Shown here in pieces: positions 11,131 through 22,655 of a stretch of DNA of 64,000 nt (its first letter is position 1; every line of letters starts with the position of its first letter). The stretch spans positions 320,001 through 384,000 of the forward strand of contig CAWFQL010000012.1 in NCBI GenBank assembly GCA_963817915.1. Direction: 5' to 3'. The translations under genes were made by a program, and so were the position numbers. Under the pieces are notes generated by a model that was given only the letters and a program-made list of their open reading frames with translations, did not search any database and was not told where the DNA came from. The stretch comes from an uncultured candidate division Zixibacteria bacterium. Its GTDB lineage: Bacteria > Zixibacteria > MSB-5A5 > UBA10806.

Positions 11131-12372
11131 ATGAACGATATTACTCTGCCGATTCAATTACGATTTTTCATAGCGCTGGGGCTTTCCTTTTTAGTCGGGC
11201 TGGAAAGAGAAAGCTCTGGTTTTGCCACCAAGGGCCGAGTATTTGCGGGAGTCAGGACTTATTCGCTTATAGGTGTTTATGGATTCAGTTGCGGATGGTT
11301 AGCAAGTATTAACCAGCCGCTGGCATTGCCGATTGGTATGTTGTCATTGACCGCCATCGCGATTGTTGGATACCTGGCTAAACTTAAGAGCGATTTTGTC
11401 GGCTGGACCAGCGAGGTTGCCGCCTTACTCACATTCGTAATGGGTGCGTTATGCCTTTTGACCGATATCTGGGTACCTTTGGCGCTTGGAATTGTAGGGA
11501 CTTTCCTGCTCTCCGAAAAGGCGATGATCGAAAAATATGTCGAAAGCCTCGATAATGCCGAATTCCTCGCTGTAGTCAAATTCCTGCTGATATCCCTGAT
11601 TATATTGCCCGTGCTTCCCAACCAGGAATATACGCAATTCAAATTGAATCCGAGCAAGATTTGGCAAATCGTAGTATTGGTCTCGACAGTAGGATTTGCA
11701 GGATATTTTCTAACTAAGAAATTTGGGAGCAAGGCCGGATTATGGCTTTCAGGATTATTGGGTGGAATTGTATCAAGTACGGCCGTCAGTATTGCGGCTG
11801 GCAGGATCGCGCAGAAATCATCGGATAGAAGCGTAAACGCCCTACAGGCAACCATACTGGCCAGTTCAATCATGTATATCAGGATTCTGGCCCTGATTTG
11901 GTTTATAAATCCCGGATTCGTGAAATATTTCTGGCTGAAACTGGTAGCGCTCGCGATAATTGGATTAGCGCTTTCAATTCATAAAGAGGGTAAAATACCG
12001 GTATCCGAAAAAATTCCGGTTCGCCCTCCAACCAACCCGTTCGAGATCAGGCCCGCTCTCGTATTTGCCACGCTTTTCGTTATTCTCTCGGTATTAACGG
12101 TTCTCGTCGAGCGGTTATATGGTGATGCCGGTATAATAACATTGGCTGGAATTGTGGGCGTTACGGATATTGACCCATTTATTCTCTCGGTTGTCAATCA
12201 AGCTTCGTTGATTCAGCAATTGGCAGTTTCCGCGATAATTATTTCAATGATGAGCAATACGATTATTAAGGGCATCTATTTCGGATTTTTAGCCAAAGAG
12301 GTTCGGAAATCCACTGCCTGGCGGTTTGGTATTTGGGCGATATTACATATACCGGTTTTATTCCTTTTATAA
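11131..12372 (+). CDS. MgtC/SapB family membrane protein with DUF4010 domain
   Basis: VGLERE, FAGVRTY, GWTSEVA, GGIVSSTAV, NPFEIRPAL motifs; multi-TM. Confidence 0.88.
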   Translation: MNDITLPIQLRFFIALGLSFLVGLERESSGFATKGRVFAGVRTYSLIGVYGFSCGWLASINQPLALPIGMLSLTAIAIVGYLAKLKSDFVGWTSEVAALLTFVMGALCLLTDIWVPLALGIVGTFLLSEKAMIEKYVESLDNAEFLAVVKFLLISLIILPVLPNQEYTQFKLNPSKIWQIVVLVSTVGFAGYFLTKKFGSKAGLWLSGLLGGIVSSTAVSIAAGRIAQKSSDRSVNALQATILASSIMYIRILALIWFINPGFVKYFWLKLVALAIIGLALSIHKEGKIPVSEKIPVRPPTNPFEIRPALVFATLFVILSVLTVLVERLYGDAGIITLAGIVGVTDIDPFILSVVNQASLIQQLAVSAIIISMMSNTIIKGIYFGFLAKEVRKSTAWRFGIWAILHIPVLFLL

Positions 12373-12422
12373 TAAATAGTAATAGTCTAATAATAATATC
12401 ACTGACGCAATTTTATCTTTTT

Positions 12423-13781
12423 TCAAGATCGCTTGCCCACAATTAGAGCAGTAGGGCCTGGTAGCGCGATCTTTCTGATATCCGTGAATCCGGCCGATAA
12501 TAACCATTCCCGATATTCATCCTCGCTATAGGTAGAACCTGAACGTGTCGCCACCAGCATATTGATCGCGAACATAGCCCCGCTTAATGGTGAAGTCTTA
12601 TCGGAACTCATAATAAAATCCTGCATCACTACCTGTCCGCCAGAAGTCATCGCCTTATATATTTTTCGAAATAACCGCATATTTTCATCAGGGCTGAACA
12701 TATGGCAAATCGCTGAAATTAATGCCAGATCATACCCTTGGCCCAAATCATCTGTAAGCATGTTGCCTCCGCGAGTTGTTATTCTATCCTCAAGGCCCGA
12801 GTCGCGGATATATTTTTGTGTCAACAGCAGTACTTCCGGAAGGTCGAAAATATCGGCATGAATATTTGAATTGGCGCGCGCGAGCGCAATCGAATAAGCA
12901 CCTGAGCCGCCTCCAATATCCAGGACTCGCTTGGTCCGGCTTAAATCAAAAGCCTTTACAACTATCGGCGCGCGGAAATTTGCATTCTTATGCATCGCGG
13001 CTATAAATGCTTCCGTGTTTTGCGCTGATCTTTTTCGTCTTTTAGCTGGCGTTGATTTACCATTGGATACACAATCGGTCAATTTCGACCAACTGTCCCA
13101 GAGATTCACGGTATGCATCAGGCTCATCCTGGAATCATCTTTACTCCCCCCAACGAAATACCGTTTGACCATATGCGAATTGCGATAAATGCCATCCTGC
13201 TTTTCGAGTAAATTCAATGCAGCAAGTGAATTCAGCAACGCTTCTGTTCCTCTCTGGTCAAGATTGAGTTTCGCTGACAATTCTTTCACGCTTGAACCAT
13301 CTTTAATTGCGCTGAAAATATCCAATTCGACAGCAGTAAGAATAATTCGACTTGAGCGAAAGCCCTGAATGATTTGCATTAGATCATCGGGTATTACACC
13401 TGCTTCATCCTGAGCCCTTAATGCGGCCAGCATTTTGGCCTTATTGAATTCGATTTCGATTTTCAAGGCGGATGAGTCGCTATTTGCCAGATGTTCGACC
13501 GTTCGGCCCGATTTAAAATGCTCGTCAATAATTTCGATTATGTTTTCAGGTGTCAGCCCGGAGTACCAAATACCATCAGGATAAACAACCATATTCGGTC
13601 CGCGCTCGCATAAGCCGAGCGAACCGCAGGCTGTAATTTGGACATCATTTCCTAATCCACGGCTTATTATCTCCTTTCTCAGCACTTCAATAACCCTTGC
13701 TGATCCTCTCGCCGAACAACACGGGGCGCCTTCCGGCTTCTTTTGATCGCAGATATATACATGGTAACGGAAAGCTTCCAT
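12423..13781 (-). CDS. Thioredoxin-like [2Fe-2S] ferredoxin fused to a class I O-methyltransferase (dimerisation + SAM domains)
   Basis: N-terminal HVYIC...PCC...CGSLGLCERGPNMVVYPDGIWY; C-terminal VLDIGGGSG, FDLP, SAICH. Confidence 0.88.
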   Translation of the reverse strand: MEAFRYHVYICDQKKPEGAPCCSARGSARVIEVLRKEIISRGLGNDVQITACGSLGLCERGPNMVVYPDGIWYSGLTPENIIEIIDEHFKSGRTVEHLANSDSSALKIEIEFNKAKMLAALRAQDEAGVIPDDLMQIIQGFRSSRIILTAVELDIFSAIKDGSSVKELSAKLNLDQRGTEALLNSLAALNLLEKQDGIYRNSHMVKRYFVGGSKDDSRMSLMHTVNLWDSWSKLTDCVSNGKSTPAKRRKRSAQNTEAFIAAMHKNANFRAPIVVKAFDLSRTKRVLDIGGGSGAYSIALARANSNIHADIFDLPEVLLLTQKYIRDSGLEDRITTRGGNMLTDDLGQGYDLALISAICHMFSPDENMRLFRKIYKAMTSGGQVVMQDFIMSSDKTSPLSGAMFAINMLVATRSGSTYSEDEYREWLLSAGFTDIRKIALPGPTALIVGKRS

Positions 13782-14106
13782 CTGGCTTCTCCTATGAAAT
13801 TTGGTTATTGTTCATGACATAATACCAATCCTGCATGCCTTGAGGAAATTTATCCCGAGCATTATTTATGCGCAAGTGAATTGCGATATTCGCGGACTAA
13901 AATATCGGGAACAGCCTTCTAAACTGCGATGTTTAGAAGTAGTCGTAGAGGCAATTTGAATTCTAAAAATTAAAAAAAGATGTGGAGAAAATAACGCGGA
14001 TAAAATATCATCCTTTAATGATATTCCTGGCGCCCTATTTTGCGAGAATATTAAAGCGCTAAGTTTTGAATATCTCAAGAGTAATATAATTTAGAATGAG
14101 GGATTG

Positions 14107-16131
14107 ATGAATAAGACATGGAACGATGAACTAATTATCAATACGATACGCACGTTGTCAATGGACGCTGTTCAGAAAGCCAATTCCGGCCATCCGGGTA
14201 CTCCAATGGCATTAGCGCCGGTAGCTTACACAATCTGGAATAAATTCATGAAATTCAATCCATCCAACCCTGATTGGCCGAATCGTGATCGATTTATATT
14301 ATCGGCGGGACACGCCTCGATGCTTATTTACAGCGTCTTATATTTGATGGGATATAAAATCACGCTTGAAGACATCAAGAATTTCCGTCAGATGGATAGT
14401 AAGACTCCGGGACATCCGGAATATGGTATCGTCCCTGGAATTGAAATGACTACAGGGCCGTTGGGCCAGGGCGTCGGTACGAGCGTGGGAATGGCAATCG
14501 CGGAAAAATGGCTGAAAACATATTTTAATCGACCAGGACAAAATATTATTGATTATCATATTTATACTTTGGCCAGCGATGGCGATATGATGGAGGGTTT
14601 ATCTCATGAAGCGGCGTCGCTTGCCGGCCATTTGGGCCTCGGCAATCTGATCTGGCTATATGATAGCAATTCCATCACAATCGAAGGCAGCACGTCATTG
14701 ACATTTACTGAAGATGTTGCTGCCCGTTTTACTGCGTATGGCTGGCATATTCAAACCGTCGATGATGCCAACGATACTGATAAATTATCCGGAGCAATGA
14801 AAGAAGCAATAGCAGAAAAAGAAAAGCCATCATTGATAATTATCAAAAGCCATATCGCCTATGGAGCGCCTAATAAGCAGGATACGGCGGGCGCGCATGG
14901 CGAGCCCTTGGGAGAGGACGAAATTCGCGGCGCCAAGACATCGTACGGCTGGCCACCGGATAAAAACTTCTATGTGCCTGATGAAATTGAATCATTCACC
15001 GAGCATCAAATTCAAAAAGGGAAAGAGCAGGAAATCATATGGCAAAATTGCTTTGCCGAATATGAGAAAAAATTTCCGCTTTTAGCCCGACAGTTTATAC
15101 AGATTCAAAATGGGAACCTGCCCGATAACTGGGAAACTGCGCTTCAGAAATTCCAGCCGGATACCAAGGGGATGGCCACGAGAATATCAAACAGCAAGAT
15201 TCTCAATTCTTTATCTGAAACGATTCCCTGGCTTCTGGGCGGCTCAGCCGATCTTATGCCATCGACAAAAACCAAAATCTCATCATCGGGGGATTTCGAA
15301 AAAAACAATTATGCCGGACGAAATTTCCATTTCGGGATTCGCGAGCATGCCATGGGCGCTATTGTCAATGGTATGGCGTTAAGCAAGCTTCGGCCATTCG
15401 GGGCAACGTTCTTTGTATTCAGCGATTATATGCGACCCGCGATTCGCCTGGCGGCATTAATGAAGATACCATCGATTTTTATCTTCACACATGACAGCAT
15501 CGGGCTCGGCGAGGATGGTCCGACTCATCAACCGATTGAGCATCTTGCGTCGCTCCGGGCTATGCCCGACCTTGACATAATACGTCCTGCCGATGCCAAC
15601 GAATTGAGCGCACTTTGGAAATATATTTTGGAGACTAATGATCGTCCGGCGGCCTTAGTTTTGAGCCGTCAGGACCTTCCGACAATTGACCGTGATAAAT
15701 ATGCATCGTACGGGGATCCTGCCAGGGGAGCATATATACTGGCGGATTCCAAAGGAACACCAGACATAATTCTTCTCTCCACTGGATCCGAAATTTCGCT
15801 TTGTCTCGAAGCCTTTGAAATATTGAAAAAAGACGGCCATAATCCCCGCGTGGTGAGTATGCCATGTTGGAGCTTGTTCGAACGGCAGACTTCAAAATAT
15901 CGAAATATGATATTGCCGAAAGAAGTTAAAGCCAGAGTTGCTATTGAGGCCGCATCGCAGTTGGGGTGGGAGAGATATTCTGGCGATAACGGCGCAATAA
16001 TTGCCTTAAATCATTTCGGGGCATCCGCGCCATATAAAAAACTATATCAGAAATTCGGGCTAACCATAGAAAATATAGTCGAAAAATCCAAGTCAGTAAT
16101 AAACCAAATAAAAGATAATAATCTAAAGTGA
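14107..16131 (+). CDS. tkt: Transketolase
   Basis: SGHPG, TPGHPE, TTGPLGQG, SDGDMMEG, GEDGPTHQP motifs. Confidence 0.97.
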   Translation: MNKTWNDELIINTIRTLSMDAVQKANSGHPGTPMALAPVAYTIWNKFMKFNPSNPDWPNRDRFILSAGHASMLIYSVLYLMGYKITLEDIKNFRQMDSKTPGHPEYGIVPGIEMTTGPLGQGVGTSVGMAIAEKWLKTYFNRPGQNIIDYHIYTLASDGDMMEGLSHEAASLAGHLGLGNLIWLYDSNSITIEGSTSLTFTEDVAARFTAYGWHIQTVDDANDTDKLSGAMKEAIAEKEKPSLIIIKSHIAYGAPNKQDTAGAHGEPLGEDEIRGAKTSYGWPPDKNFYVPDEIESFTEHQIQKGKEQEIIWQNCFAEYEKKFPLLARQFIQIQNGNLPDNWETALQKFQPDTKGMATRISNSKILNSLSETIPWLLGGSADLMPSTKTKISSSGDFEKNNYAGRNFHFGIREHAMGAIVNGMALSKLRPFGATFFVFSDYMRPAIRLAALMKIPSIFIFTHDSIGLGEDGPTHQPIEHLASLRAMPDLDIIRPADANELSALWKYILETNDRPAALVLSRQDLPTIDRDKYASYGDPARGAYILADSKGTPDIILLSTGSEISLCLEAFEILKKDGHNPRVVSMPCWSLFERQTSKYRNMILPKEVKARVAIEAASQLGWERYSGDNGAIIALNHFGASAPYKKLYQKFGLTIENIVEKSKSVINQIKDNNLK

Positions 16132-16173
16132 CTAAAATCGAAAAAATAATTTCTAATATTAAGGAGTAAAAAG

Positions 16174-17076
16174 ATGGAATTAGCCATCATTGGTCTGGGC
16201 AAGATGGGCGGCAATATGATGAGGCGGCTCATAAAAGGCGGACATAAAGTGGTAGCATTTAGCAGAAGCGTCGAAAGCGTAAAATCCGCTGAAAAGGATG
16301 GAGCCATTCCAGCATATTCTCTCGATGAAATTAAAACCAAGCTTCGAGCCCCTCGCATAATATGGGTGATGGTGCCATCGGGCGATGCCACAGAGACGAC
16401 ACTTAAAAGCTTGTCTTCCCTCATGAGCCCGAAAGATATTATAATCGATGGCGGCAACAGCAATTACAAAGATACTATGACTCGGGCCGGCTGGCTAAAG
16501 GAAAAAAGATTTCAATTCGTTGATGTCGGGACAAGCGGTGGCATTTGGGGATTGCGCGAGGGATACAGCATGATGATCGGCGGCTCGAAAGAATCTGTCG
16601 ATTATCTTCGACCGATTTTCGAGACATTGGCGCCATCGCCAACCGAGGGCTGGGGGCATGTCGGTCCGAATGGCGCCGGGCACTTCGTCAAAATGATACA
16701 TAATGGAATAGAATATGGTATGATGCAGGCCTACGCCGAGGGTTTTGAAATTCTCGAAAAAAAGAAGGAATTTAATGTCGATCTTTTCAAGGTCGGTCAA
16801 ATCTGGCAAAAGGGAAGCGTAGTTCGTTCATGGCTGCTTGATTTGACTGTTGCTGCGTTGGAAAAAGATCAAAAGCTGCAGAATATCAAACCCTGGGTCG
16901 CGGATAGCGGCGAGGGACGATGGACTGTCAAAGAGGCAATCGATCTCGATGTACCGGCTCCAGTAATTACCCATTCACTTATGATGAGATTCATTAGCAG
17001 AGATGAGGAAAATTTCGCGGCCCGGCTTTTATCTGCATTGAGAAATCAATTCGGCGGCCATGAGATAAAGAAATAA
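16174..17076 (+). CDS. gnd: 6-phosphogluconate dehydrogenase, short decarboxylating type
   Basis: GLGKMG, DGGNS, GTSGGIWG, GHFVKMIHNGIEYG, DSGEGRWT, RNQFGGH. Confidence 0.95.
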   Translation: MELAIIGLGKMGGNMMRRLIKGGHKVVAFSRSVESVKSAEKDGAIPAYSLDEIKTKLRAPRIIWVMVPSGDATETTLKSLSSLMSPKDIIIDGGNSNYKDTMTRAGWLKEKRFQFVDVGTSGGIWGLREGYSMMIGGSKESVDYLRPIFETLAPSPTEGWGHVGPNGAGHFVKMIHNGIEYGMMQAYAEGFEILEKKKEFNVDLFKVGQIWQKGSVVRSWLLDLTVAALEKDQKLQNIKPWVADSGEGRWTVKEAIDLDVPAPVITHSLMMRFISRDEENFAARLLSALRNQFGGHEIKK

Positions 17077-17088
17077 GAAGGGCCCAAT

Positions 17089-18625
17089 ATGCAGTTACCT
17101 GAAAACCATATCATAGTCATATTCGGAGCCTCCGGAGATCTGACCAAACGAAAAATAATGCCGTCATTATTCAATCTTTTTTGCTCCGATCGTCTCCCCA
17201 AAAATTTTGCAGTTTTAGGTCTCGGAACTACCAAATATACAGACGAATTATTCCGCGAAAAAATGACGGAATGCATTCAAACATTCGCCAAAAGCAATTC
17301 TTTGAATAAAGAAAAACTGTCTGAATTCCTGGGGCATCTCTATTACGATTCTCTCGATTTTACGATTCCTGATAAATATTTGGAACTCAAGAAACTGCTT
17401 CTCTCTCTTGATAATAAAATCGGCGGCAATTCGAATGTCATCTATTATCTGGCTACAGCGCCTCAATTATTCGAGCCAATCGCCAGAAATCTGGGTCGGC
17501 AAGGGTTAAGCCATCAGGATGGTAATTTCGGTTGGAAACGGATTGTTATTGAAAAGCCGTTTGGATTTGATCTCGATTCTGCCAAAAAGCTAAACCAAGC
17601 TTTGCAGGAGATATTCGGCGAGGAACAAATCTATCGTATAGATCATTATCTGGGCAAAGAGACAGTTCAGAATATCCTGGCGTTTAGATTCGCCAATGGA
17701 ATATTCGAGCCATTATGGAATCGAAATTATATCGACCATATCGAAATAACCGCCACAGAAACCATCGGAATCGAAAACCGCGGCAAGTATTATGATAACG
17801 CCGGCGCGCTGACGAGATATGGTTCAAAACCATCTTTTACAATTGGTAGCCACCATGGCAATGGAACCGCCGTCACGATTCGAATCCAATGAAATTCGAA
17901 ATGAAAAGGCCAAGATATTCCATTCGATAAAGCCCATAAGGCTTGAGAATATTGATAAGCAGGTTGTGCGCGGCCAATATCTCGCATCAACAATTAAAGG
18001 AGAAAACGTTGTCGGTTATCGAAACGAAAGCAACGTGGCCCCTGATTCGAAAACCGAGACATTTATCGCGATAAAGCTTTTTGTAGATAATTGGCGTTGG
18101 GGCGGAGTGCCGTTTTATATCAGAACAGGGAAGAGGCTTCCAACTCGAGTAACCGAAGCTGTAATTCATTTTAAGAGAACGCCTCATTATATGTTTACAC
18201 AGCACGGCTCCTCTGAAGGAGTTGAAAATCAATTGGTTATACGTATTCAACCCGACGAGGGAGTTTTGCTCAAGTTCGGCATGAAATTGCCCGGTGTTGG
18301 CTATGATATCAAGACAGTGAATATGGATTTTCATTATTCGGATTTAGGCGAATTTAACCTGCCCGATGCCTACGAAAGACTTCTCTTGGATTGCATGTTG
18401 GGCGATTCAACTCTCTATGCCAGAGCTGACGCTGTCGAGGCGTGCTGGGCATTCCTGACTCCGATTTTGGATGCGTGGGAAAATAATCCTGACCTCAAAC
18501 TTTACGGCTATCCGTCGGGAACATGGGGGCCGATGGAAGCTATAAAGCTATTCGGCGGCGCCGGACAAGATTGGCGTTACCCCTGCAAAAACCTTAGCAA
18601 CGATGGGGAATATTGCGAGCTTTAG
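17089..18625 (+). pseudogene. zwf: Glucose-6-phosphate 1-dehydrogenase split by a 1-nt insertion
   Basis: GASGDL, EKPFG, RIDHYLGKE in the first ORF; removing one base at about 17812 restores GALRDMVQNH and gives 512 codons. Confidence 0.92.
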
Positions 18626-19356
18626 ACCCAAATATCCGAATCTTCGAAACGCCCGATAAGCTATCATTGACATTAGCGGGGGAACTCAGGAATTATCTTG
18701 AAGAAGCAAATAGGAAAAATGGCAATTTTAGTATCGCCTTATCAGGCGGATCCACTCCTGAAAATCTTTACAAGCAGCTTGCCGCGGAGCCATTCAGAAG
18801 TGAATTAGCTTGGAATCATGTCCAGATTTTCTGGGGTGATGAACGATGTGTGCCTCCTGATCATCAGGACAGCAACTACGGAATGGTGAATAATATTTTG
18901 TTAACCCATATTTCAATTCCTCGAACGAATATTCATCGAATACAGGGAGAAGCCAATCCTGAAAAAGAGGCGGCCAGATATTCCGAAGAGATTAAAAAAT
19001 TCGTATCATCGACAAAAGATAAAATACCGGTATTCGATTGGGTTTTATTGGGATTAGGCTCTGATGGTCATACCGCGTCGCTATTTCCGGGGGATGAGAA
19101 TAATTGGGGCAAAGATGAATTTTGTATTGTGACGGTCGATCGAAAAAAACCCCAAAAAAGAATTTCAATCACTCTGCCGGTTATAAATAATGCCAGGAGA
19201 GTAACCTTTATGGTTACAGGCGCAGGCAAGAAGGAAATTGTTAAACTTATATTTGATGAAAGGAGCAACAGCAAACATCTTCCCGCAATGATGGTTCGCC
19301 CCCACGATTGTATTGTTGATTGGTACATTGATAAAGAAGCGGCGAGATTATTATAG
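18613..19356 (+). CDS. pgl: 6-phosphogluconolactonase
   Basis: LSGGSTP, GDERCVP, DSNY, LGLGSDGHTASLFP; follows zwf. Confidence 0.93.
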   Translation: MRALDPNIRIFETPDKLSLTLAGELRNYLEEANRKNGNFSIALSGGSTPENLYKQLAAEPFRSELAWNHVQIFWGDERCVPPDHQDSNYGMVNNILLTHISIPRTNIHRIQGEANPEKEAARYSEEIKKFVSSTKDKIPVFDWVLLGLGSDGHTASLFPGDENNWGKDEFCIVTVDRKKPQKRISITLPVINNARRVTFMVTGAGKKEIVKLIFDERSNSKHLPAMMVRPHDCIVDWYIDKEAARLL

Positions 19357-19376
19357 GAAGTGTATGTCAAAAGCAT

Positions 19377-19823
19377 ATGAAAACTTTAAATTCAACTAAA
19401 TCGAAATCGATTGTTATGGCAATTATTTTTGGTTCGGCAATGCTAGTAATGTTACTTTTAGTAATGAACGTTGCTTGTGGAGGCGGCAAGAAGCAATTGT
19501 TAGATATCACGACATCTCAGGCCGACAGCGTCATAACTTCAAATCTGCAAAATCCGCAGTTTAAGATACTTGATGTCCGCACGCCCGCTGAATTTGAAAC
19601 AGGCCATCTGTCAGGCTCAATTAATATAGATTTCCGTTCCGCGGATTTTGAATCGAAGATCGGCTCCCTTCAGAAAGACGGCAAATACCTTGTCTATTGC
19701 AGGACAGGCCATCGCAGCGCTAGTGCTATGAGCGTGATGAAAAGCAAGAATTTTATCGAGGTCTACAATATGTTAGGTGGAATTACCAAATGGAATGAAG
19801 AAAAGCGAGCTACGGTTCAATAA
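19377..19823 (+). CDS. Rhodanese-like domain lipoprotein
   Basis: Hydrophobic N-terminus with NVAC lipobox-like site; LDVRTPAEF, YCRTGHRS, GGITKW. Confidence 0.87.
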   Translation: MKTLNSTKSKSIVMAIIFGSAMLVMLLLVMNVACGGGKKQLLDITTSQADSVITSNLQNPQFKILDVRTPAEFETGHLSGSINIDFRSADFESKIGSLQKDGKYLVYCRTGHRSASAMSVMKSKNFIEVYNMLGGITKWNEEKRATVQ

Positions 19824-19990
19824 TTATTCCAGTGAAATTGCATAGTGCCGCCGCAATTTTATTTATTTGACGCGAGTTCCGCGCCGTATAGCCTTGCATA
19901 ATTTAATAAAAGTAATTATCATTAAATGTATGATATTTTTCCGAGCCCTGGCTCAAGCTGTTTCAAAAACTGAAAAGCAGAGATAATAAA

Positions 19991-21427
19991 ATGAAAAATA
20001 AGATATCCTTATTATCAAAAATTGCGGCTTTGATATTTGGTATTATAGTCACTGCTTATGCGGCGATTTCGTTTTCATCTTCGGGAAGAAATGAAAAAGA
20101 GCCCAATATCATAAATCAGCCCTTGACCGGAATATTCAGAAAGGGTCCATATTTGATATATCCGGGTCATACTGATCAAATGAAAGTACTCTGGCAGTTA
20201 ACCGCTAATGATACCTGTACAATACAATGGGGACCAGATACAACCTATTCATCTGGCAATTCCACTACATTTGAGTATGGCAGCGATCATCAGCACTCAT
20301 ATAATATCGGTAATTTGGCATCCGGACAGATTTATTATTATAAGGTCAGCTGCGATGAACAAACCAAATCGGGATTCTTTCGCGCAGCGCCCGATTCCAA
20401 TTCTAATGCGGTTAAATTCATAGCGTACGGAGATACTCGATCCAATCCCGCGGCTCACGACCAGGTAGCATCGAGGATAATAAATACTTATACCAATGAT
20501 CCCGCCTATCAGACAATATTAATATCTGTAGGTGATCTGGTTAATAATGGAGATGTGGAAACCGATTGGGATAGTCAATTCTTCAACCAATCCTATCCCA
20601 ATATTCAGACAATGCTTGCCAATTACCCTTACGCCTCCGCAATGGGCAACCATGAGGATACAGGCTTGCTTTTTAATAAATACTTCCCATACCCATATGT
20701 CAGTAATCGCTATTGGTCGTTTGATTATGGTCCGGCTCATTTCGCTGTAATCGATCAATACTCCGCTTATGGCAGCGGATCATCTCAATTGCTCTGGCTT
20801 GCAAACGACCTGGCTTTGACCAGCAAGCCCTGGAAATTTATCGTTTTCCATGAGCCCGGCTGGTCTGCTGGAAATCACTCGAATAATGTGAATGTACAGA
20901 ATCTGATTCAACCATTATGTCTCCAATATGGCGTCTCAATCGTATTCGGCGGCCATAATCATAATTACGCGCGCGCTATGGTCAATGGAATACAGCATAT
21001 TACTACAGGCGGTGGCGGGGCGCCATTGTACCAGCCCAATCCAAGCAATCCTTATATCGTGGCATCGAGCATGTCTTATCATTTCTGCAAGGTGGAAATA
21101 GTCGGCAATCATTTATACTTCGCGGCTATTAATTCCAGTGGCGCCACTATCGACTCGTTCGCAATTGGACCGCGGTGCTCTTATGCTCTCGGCGACGTGA
21201 GCGGCAATGGCCTTTTCAACGGACTCGATGTTACTTACAGCGTGAATTATTTTAGAGGTACAGGTGGTCCGCCCCCATATTCCTGCGAATGCACGCCCGG
21301 TCATACCTGGTATGTCGCAGGCGATGTCAACAATTCATGCAGTTTCAACGGGTTGGATATTACTTATATGGTAAATTATCTGAAAGGCGGAGAAGCTCAG
21401 GCTCCTTGCCACGATTGCCCGCCGTAA
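19991..21427 (+). CDS. Purple acid phosphatase-like metallophosphoesterase with FN3-like N-domain and C-terminal dockerin-like repeats
   Basis: YGDTR, GDLV, GNHE, FHEP, GHNHNY motifs; two GDVxxxxxFNGLD(V/I)TY(S/M)VNY repeats. Confidence 0.88.
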   Translation: MKNKISLLSKIAALIFGIIVTAYAAISFSSSGRNEKEPNIINQPLTGIFRKGPYLIYPGHTDQMKVLWQLTANDTCTIQWGPDTTYSSGNSTTFEYGSDHQHSYNIGNLASGQIYYYKVSCDEQTKSGFFRAAPDSNSNAVKFIAYGDTRSNPAAHDQVASRIINTYTNDPAYQTILISVGDLVNNGDVETDWDSQFFNQSYPNIQTMLANYPYASAMGNHEDTGLLFNKYFPYPYVSNRYWSFDYGPAHFAVIDQYSAYGSGSSQLLWLANDLALTSKPWKFIVFHEPGWSAGNHSNNVNVQNLIQPLCLQYGVSIVFGGHNHNYARAMVNGIQHITTGGGGAPLYQPNPSNPYIVASSMSYHFCKVEIVGNHLYFAAINSSGATIDSFAIGPRCSYALGDVSGNGLFNGLDVTYSVNYFRGTGGPPPYSCECTPGHTWYVAGDVNNSCSFNGLDITYMVNYLKGGEAQAPCHDCPP

Positions 21428-21489
21428 AATTGGCCCATAATAGTTTTTATGCTATCGATTGCCTGAAAAATAATCCGGGGTAGATTAAA

Positions 21490-22655
21490 TCACTTTTTAA
21501 TATTCGCGAAGGCTTGATCCAAATCATTGATCAAGTCTTTAACATCCTCTATTCCCACTGAAATTCTTATAAATCCATCGGTAATTCCGAGTTTCTTACG
21601 GTTTTCTGGCGGAACCGAAGCGTGAGTCATGATGGCCGGATGTTCGATAAGCGATTCCACTCCTCCGAGTGATTCTGCCAGAGTGAATAACTCCAAACCT
21701 GACAAAAACGCCTTCGCATTTTCGAGACTGCCGACATCGAATGATATAATTGCTCCTGAGCCGCAAGACTGCTTCTTATGAATATCATGCCCGGGATGAT
21801 TGATATCGCCCGGGTAATAGATTTTCCGCACATGTTTTCTGCGCTTTCAAATATTCGAATATCTTGTCGGCATTGCTTTGGTGACGTTCCATACGCACAT
21901 GCAATGTCTTAATTCCTCGCAGAGTCAGAAAACAATCCATAGGGCCGGGCACGGCCCCGGCGGCATTTTGAATAAAATGAAGCTTGTTTGCGAGTTCGGC
22001 GTTGTTGGTGACAATCGCGCCGCCCACAATATCAGAATGCCCGGCAATATATTTTGTTGTCGAGTAGACTGATAAATCCGCTCCATGAGCCAATGGGCTT
22101 TGCAGATATGGAGACATAAAAGTATTATCAACCACAAGCAGTGCGCCGATTGATTTGGCAATACTCGAAACCGCCGCATATATCCGTAATTTTTAAAGTC
22201 GGATTTGTAGGTGTTTCTATCCAAAGCATTCTGGTTTCAGGCTTAAGCGCGGATTTAATTTTCGATACATCTGAAGTATCGACGAAATCAAATTTAAGTC
22301 CGAAATTTTTATAGATTTTATCGAAAATCCTGAATGTTCCTCCATAGACATCATCGGAACATACGACATGATCGCCCGATTTGAGCATTTGCAGTATAGA
22401 TGAAATTGCCGCCATCCCCGATGAGAATGATATGCCGTAAGATGCCCGTTCAAGAGACGCCATCGATTTTTCAAGAGCCCTTCGAGTGGGATTGTCTGTT
22501 CTTGAATAATCGTAACCTTTATGAACCCCCGGCGAGGTTTGAGCATATGTCGATGTTTGGTAAATCGGAGTCATGATCGCCCCGGTCGATGGATCGGGTT
22601 CCTGACCTCCATGTATTGCCAGAGTGCCAATTTCTAATTTTTTACTATCCTTCAA
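21490..22655 (-). pseudogene. Cystathionine gamma-lyase/gamma-synthase family PLP enzyme split by two 1-nt insertions
   Basis: PIYQTSTY, YSRTDNPT, ETPTNP, DNTF, STTKYIAGHSD, AESLGGVESL; removing single bases near 22180 and 21836 gives 388 codons. Confidence 0.9.

Noticed and set aside
13866..14078. 70-aa intergenic ORF
   Set aside because: TTG start without SD, lies in the tkt promoter region, no motif
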